Below, piece after piece: positions 61,101 to 64,000 of a stretch of DNA of 64,000 nucleotides. This stretch comes from Lytechinus pictus (Eukaryota), in assembly GCF_037042905.1 (NCBI RefSeq), contig NC_087245.1, forward strand, positions 10,852,001 to 10,916,000. Reading direction: 5' to 3'. Position 1 is the first letter of the stretch. Each line of letters opens with the position of its first letter. The translations under genes were made by a program, and so were the position numbers. Below the pieces are notes generated by a model. That model did no database searches and was not told where the DNA came from. It worked only from the letters and a program-made list of their open reading frames with translations.

Positions 61101-63281
61101 TAAAGCAGGAAACATGATCTACATCCCTTGAGAAAATAGAGATGACAGCAACCATGAGTGGTGAATATGAACCTGTAACAGTTCATTCAAACTTGAGCAA
61201 TCATTGCTCGCCCCTCCCTCCAATGCATATGAAACTCCAAGGGGGGGTGCTGTCAAAAAGCAATTTGTAAAGTACAACAATGTAACAAATTACTGAAGAA
61301 TGGCAAACCAAATAGGTTTGGTCAATATATTTCTTTTTTATACCATTCAAAATTTGTGTACCAATCAAAAAAGAAGAAGAGTACACGGATAGAAAAATGC
61401 CTGGCTCACATTTTGACACTTCATATTACAATGTCGAGAGTAACTCTTCAAGAGAGCTTTATGAAACATCCCTTGGGATCTACTTACTACACAGTTCCAG
61501 CTCTCATGCTGTTGGAGATGTAAAGAGCCTTGTCAATGTCCTTGGTAAAGACTGAAGCTGCAAGACCATACATGTTGTTATTGGCTCTCTCAATCACTTC
61601 ATCAATCTGACTGAACCTCATGATCTGCTGAACAGGTCCGAAGATCTACCATGAAAAAGTATTATTGAATTCAGCTCAGATATATCGAGGACAAGACCAA
61701 CTTGTTTCACTAATCATATACCCACATTTTCATCTTTCCCTTGCATGAAATCTATCACTGGCAAACATGTTTGGAATTTACTAAAATCACATAGCACAAC
61801 AATTCAATTATACATACAAACATTTATATGCTAATTTGTTTAGAAACTGTTACGATCAATTTTCACTCATTGTCAATTAGCAATTTTGTGCAAACGTGCA
61901 AGCAAATTGGCCTTGAGATTGGTGACAAGCACTGCAATTATCAGGAAAGATAGAACAATGTTTCCCATTTCTTACCTCTTCCTTCGCAATCTTCATGTTA
62001 TCAGTGACATCTCCAAAGACAGTAGGTTCAACATAGAATCCCTTGTCTCCCATTCTTGCACCACCAGATACAAGCTTGGCTCCTTCAGATTTCCCACTAT
62101 CAATGTAGCCAAGGATCTTATCCATCTGCTCTTTGTCAACCTAATTGTATCAAAATGAAGCAATGACATACCACTATAAACACATCAGGACTCATTTTTT
62201 ATTTTTATAGGAGTGGGTGTGTAATTGTAAGTATATAAATTGAATGCAAAGGTAAAGCCATCTACAATTTTGTGAGAAAATTTCATTTTGTGGAATTTAT
62301 ATCCCATGACATATAGGGAAGCAGCTCGCCTGTGACATCACAAAAAAGCAATAAACAAACTTTAATAGATCACAACTGTTAAACTTCTTTAGCTTTTCAG
62401 CAAATCTTGACCAATCTTTCTTCTGTTTTGGTTTCTGCTTTTACAATGTTGGATCAGGGTAAATTTCCACTTACACTAGATGGAGGTTATACCACTTTCA
62501 AGATTTGTGGATGCAGATCGAAATGAATACAGCTTATTTCTATTCATGAAAAGTCAAGGACAAAAATAATCTGAATAAGTCAATCCGCAATCCATCTGCA
62601 CTCAATCTCATTTTTAATTCATAAACAGGACTTTCAAATAGTGCAGCTAGTTCTGAGGTAAAAGGTTTTGTTTCCCACGCCAAGCTCTGCCCCAACTTTA
62701 CTATGATGATAATCCACAGTATTTCCTAGCTGCACTTGTACTTGAAAAAAAATAATACGGACCATAAATAAAGATGCTTTAATAGGAGGAAATTATAATT
62801 TGTTAACAAATTTTCAGCATTACTCCTATGTGTTTAAGATCGCATGCTCGATCTGTAATGAAAATCATAAGTCAGAAAAAATTGGAACCAGTGGGATTCG
62901 AACCTGCCATCTACTGCTTTCCAGGCAGCAACTTAACCACCAGGCTATTCTGGTTCATGGCTAAATCACGGTGAACTGGAATTCAAATACTCTGAATTCA
63001 AAAATGCAATTTTAATGCTGAATCTGCATTATTCTGATCTGTATTCAATCCCAACTTTTTAAGGGTGAAATGTGTATTAGATGATAGAAGGCATACCTGT
63101 GGACCTTGCTCATTTGAAGCATCAAATGGACTCCCAACGGTGCGTGCTTTAGCACGAGCTGCTGCTTTCTCTAAAAAGTCATCATAGATACTGTCTTCAA
63201 CAAAGGTCCTTGATCCAGCACAGCAGCACTGTCCCATGTTGAAGAAAAGAGCAAAGTGACTCTGCTCAACAGCATAATCAA
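58070..63281 (-). CDS. ALDH2: Gene B: 3' part (last five exons) of a second, canonical ALDH2-like paralog; 5' exons lie beyond the window end
   Basis: Exons 63281-63097, 62140-61976, 61645-61488, 60907-60793, 58102-58070 (185/165/158/115/33 nt, same sizes as gene A). [17 protein letters not shown] and [16 protein letters not shown] closely match ALDH2. Confidence 0.93.
58606..60340. mobile_element. 1.74-kb non-autonomous hAT-like element in the last intron of gene B
   Basis: TIR TAAGCCTGAGTC..ATCGATT / AATCGAT..GACTCAGGCTTA; perfect 8-bp TSD GTCACAAG; TCGA-rich subterminal regions. Confidence 0.85.
60793..60907 (-). CDS. Gene B exon ([38 protein letters not shown])
   Basis: 115 nt, cag|T GTC...TCG|gtaagt. 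Confidence 0.95.
61488..61645 (-). CDS. Gene B exon ([53 protein letters not shown])
   Basis: 158 nt, tag|ATC...TA|gtaagt. Confidence 0.95.
61976..62140 (-). CDS. Gene B exon ([55 protein letters not shown])
   Basis: 165 nt, tag|GTT...GAG|gtaaga. Confidence 0.95.
62885..62956 (-). pseudogene. tRNA-like sequence (GGA anticodon loop; probable pseudogene or SINE head)
   Basis: Acceptor GAACCAG/CTGGTTC pairs; A box TAGCCTGGTGG; anticodon arm CTGC-CTGGAAA-GCAG; B box GGTTCGAATCC; T- and D-stems mismatched. Confidence 0.55.
63097..63281 (-). CDS. Gene B exon ([61 protein letters not shown])
   Basis: 185 nt, cag|TT...CAG|gtatgc. Confidence 0.95.
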
Positions 63282-64000
63282 CTGAAAATAAAACGTGTAT
63301 TATCTTAATAATACCCTATATATGAATTTGAATTAAGAGAAGTGCAACTGATTATGGCCTTAAAAGAACAAAAGCCCTTTTGAAGGATAATGCAATGTGC
63401 CAGGTATGTTCCTACATGTACATTAGCACATAAATGTAATCTACTGGTAGGATGTCTCAACTTGAAGCCCATACCCCCCCTGTCGTTATTATTGGTTGAT
63501 GAAAGGAATTCCAAACCTTAAAGAAATATCAGACATAATCCTTTAATAACAAATAGATTCAGAGTTGAATAAGTATTTATCAAACATTACAGGTCCCAAA
63601 AATGAACATACACTTTTGATGAAAGGAGCGTAATTTATGCTATCAAAATATAGCCTAGAATATATTGCCTTGACAGGAAAAGTGGAGAGACGGTGTAGTC
63701 ATGGAGGAATACTTTGGATGAACAGTCTTCAGATACTAGAAGAAAGACAAAGATAAAATTGGAGGTGGTGCTCAAAGAGAGTGCTATGAGCGGTTAAGTA
63801 TAAAAACACCTAGAGAAAATAGCCCAAAGTTCATTTACATCAAACTTAGTCTATTTTTGCCACTAGGTTTGAACCCATTGAAATCACAGGGATAAAAGAC
63901 TAGGACCCCGTTCTCATTACCGTCCTAAAACTGGTTTACTAGAAACTATTTTAGTGGAAACTAGTTTAACGTGTAATGAGAACGGTTGAAGCAGTCTTGG

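Overview
AT-rich, intron-containing animal genomic DNA. The repeat vocabulary suggests an echinoderm such as a sea urchin; this is inference, not something shown by the sequence. The window holds two tandem minus-strand ALDH1/ALDH2-family aldehyde dehydrogenase genes. Gene A is complete (14 coding exons, 51818->12403, 1578 nt = 525 aa + stop, all GT-AG). It has a mitochondrial-type N-terminal presequence but ALDH1A-like substrate-channel residues (Gly124, Val459). Gene B is represented by its last five exons (63281->58070) and looks like canonical ALDH2 (GQCCCAGS, Phe459). The introns are packed with mobile DNA: an antisense CR1/L2-type LINE, many MITEs with readable TIRs and TSDs (hAT-, Harbinger- and piggyBac-like), and a nested 6-kb foldback palindrome. 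The most unusual items are: (i) a ~175-nt SINE-like insert whose head resembles the 7SL/Alu domain; (ii) a Harbinger-like element carrying seven RFX X-box palindromes at ~160-bp spacing; (iii) a 1.3-kb tract saturated with TA-NNNN-TA palindromes. I found no supportable gene in the first ~12 kb.
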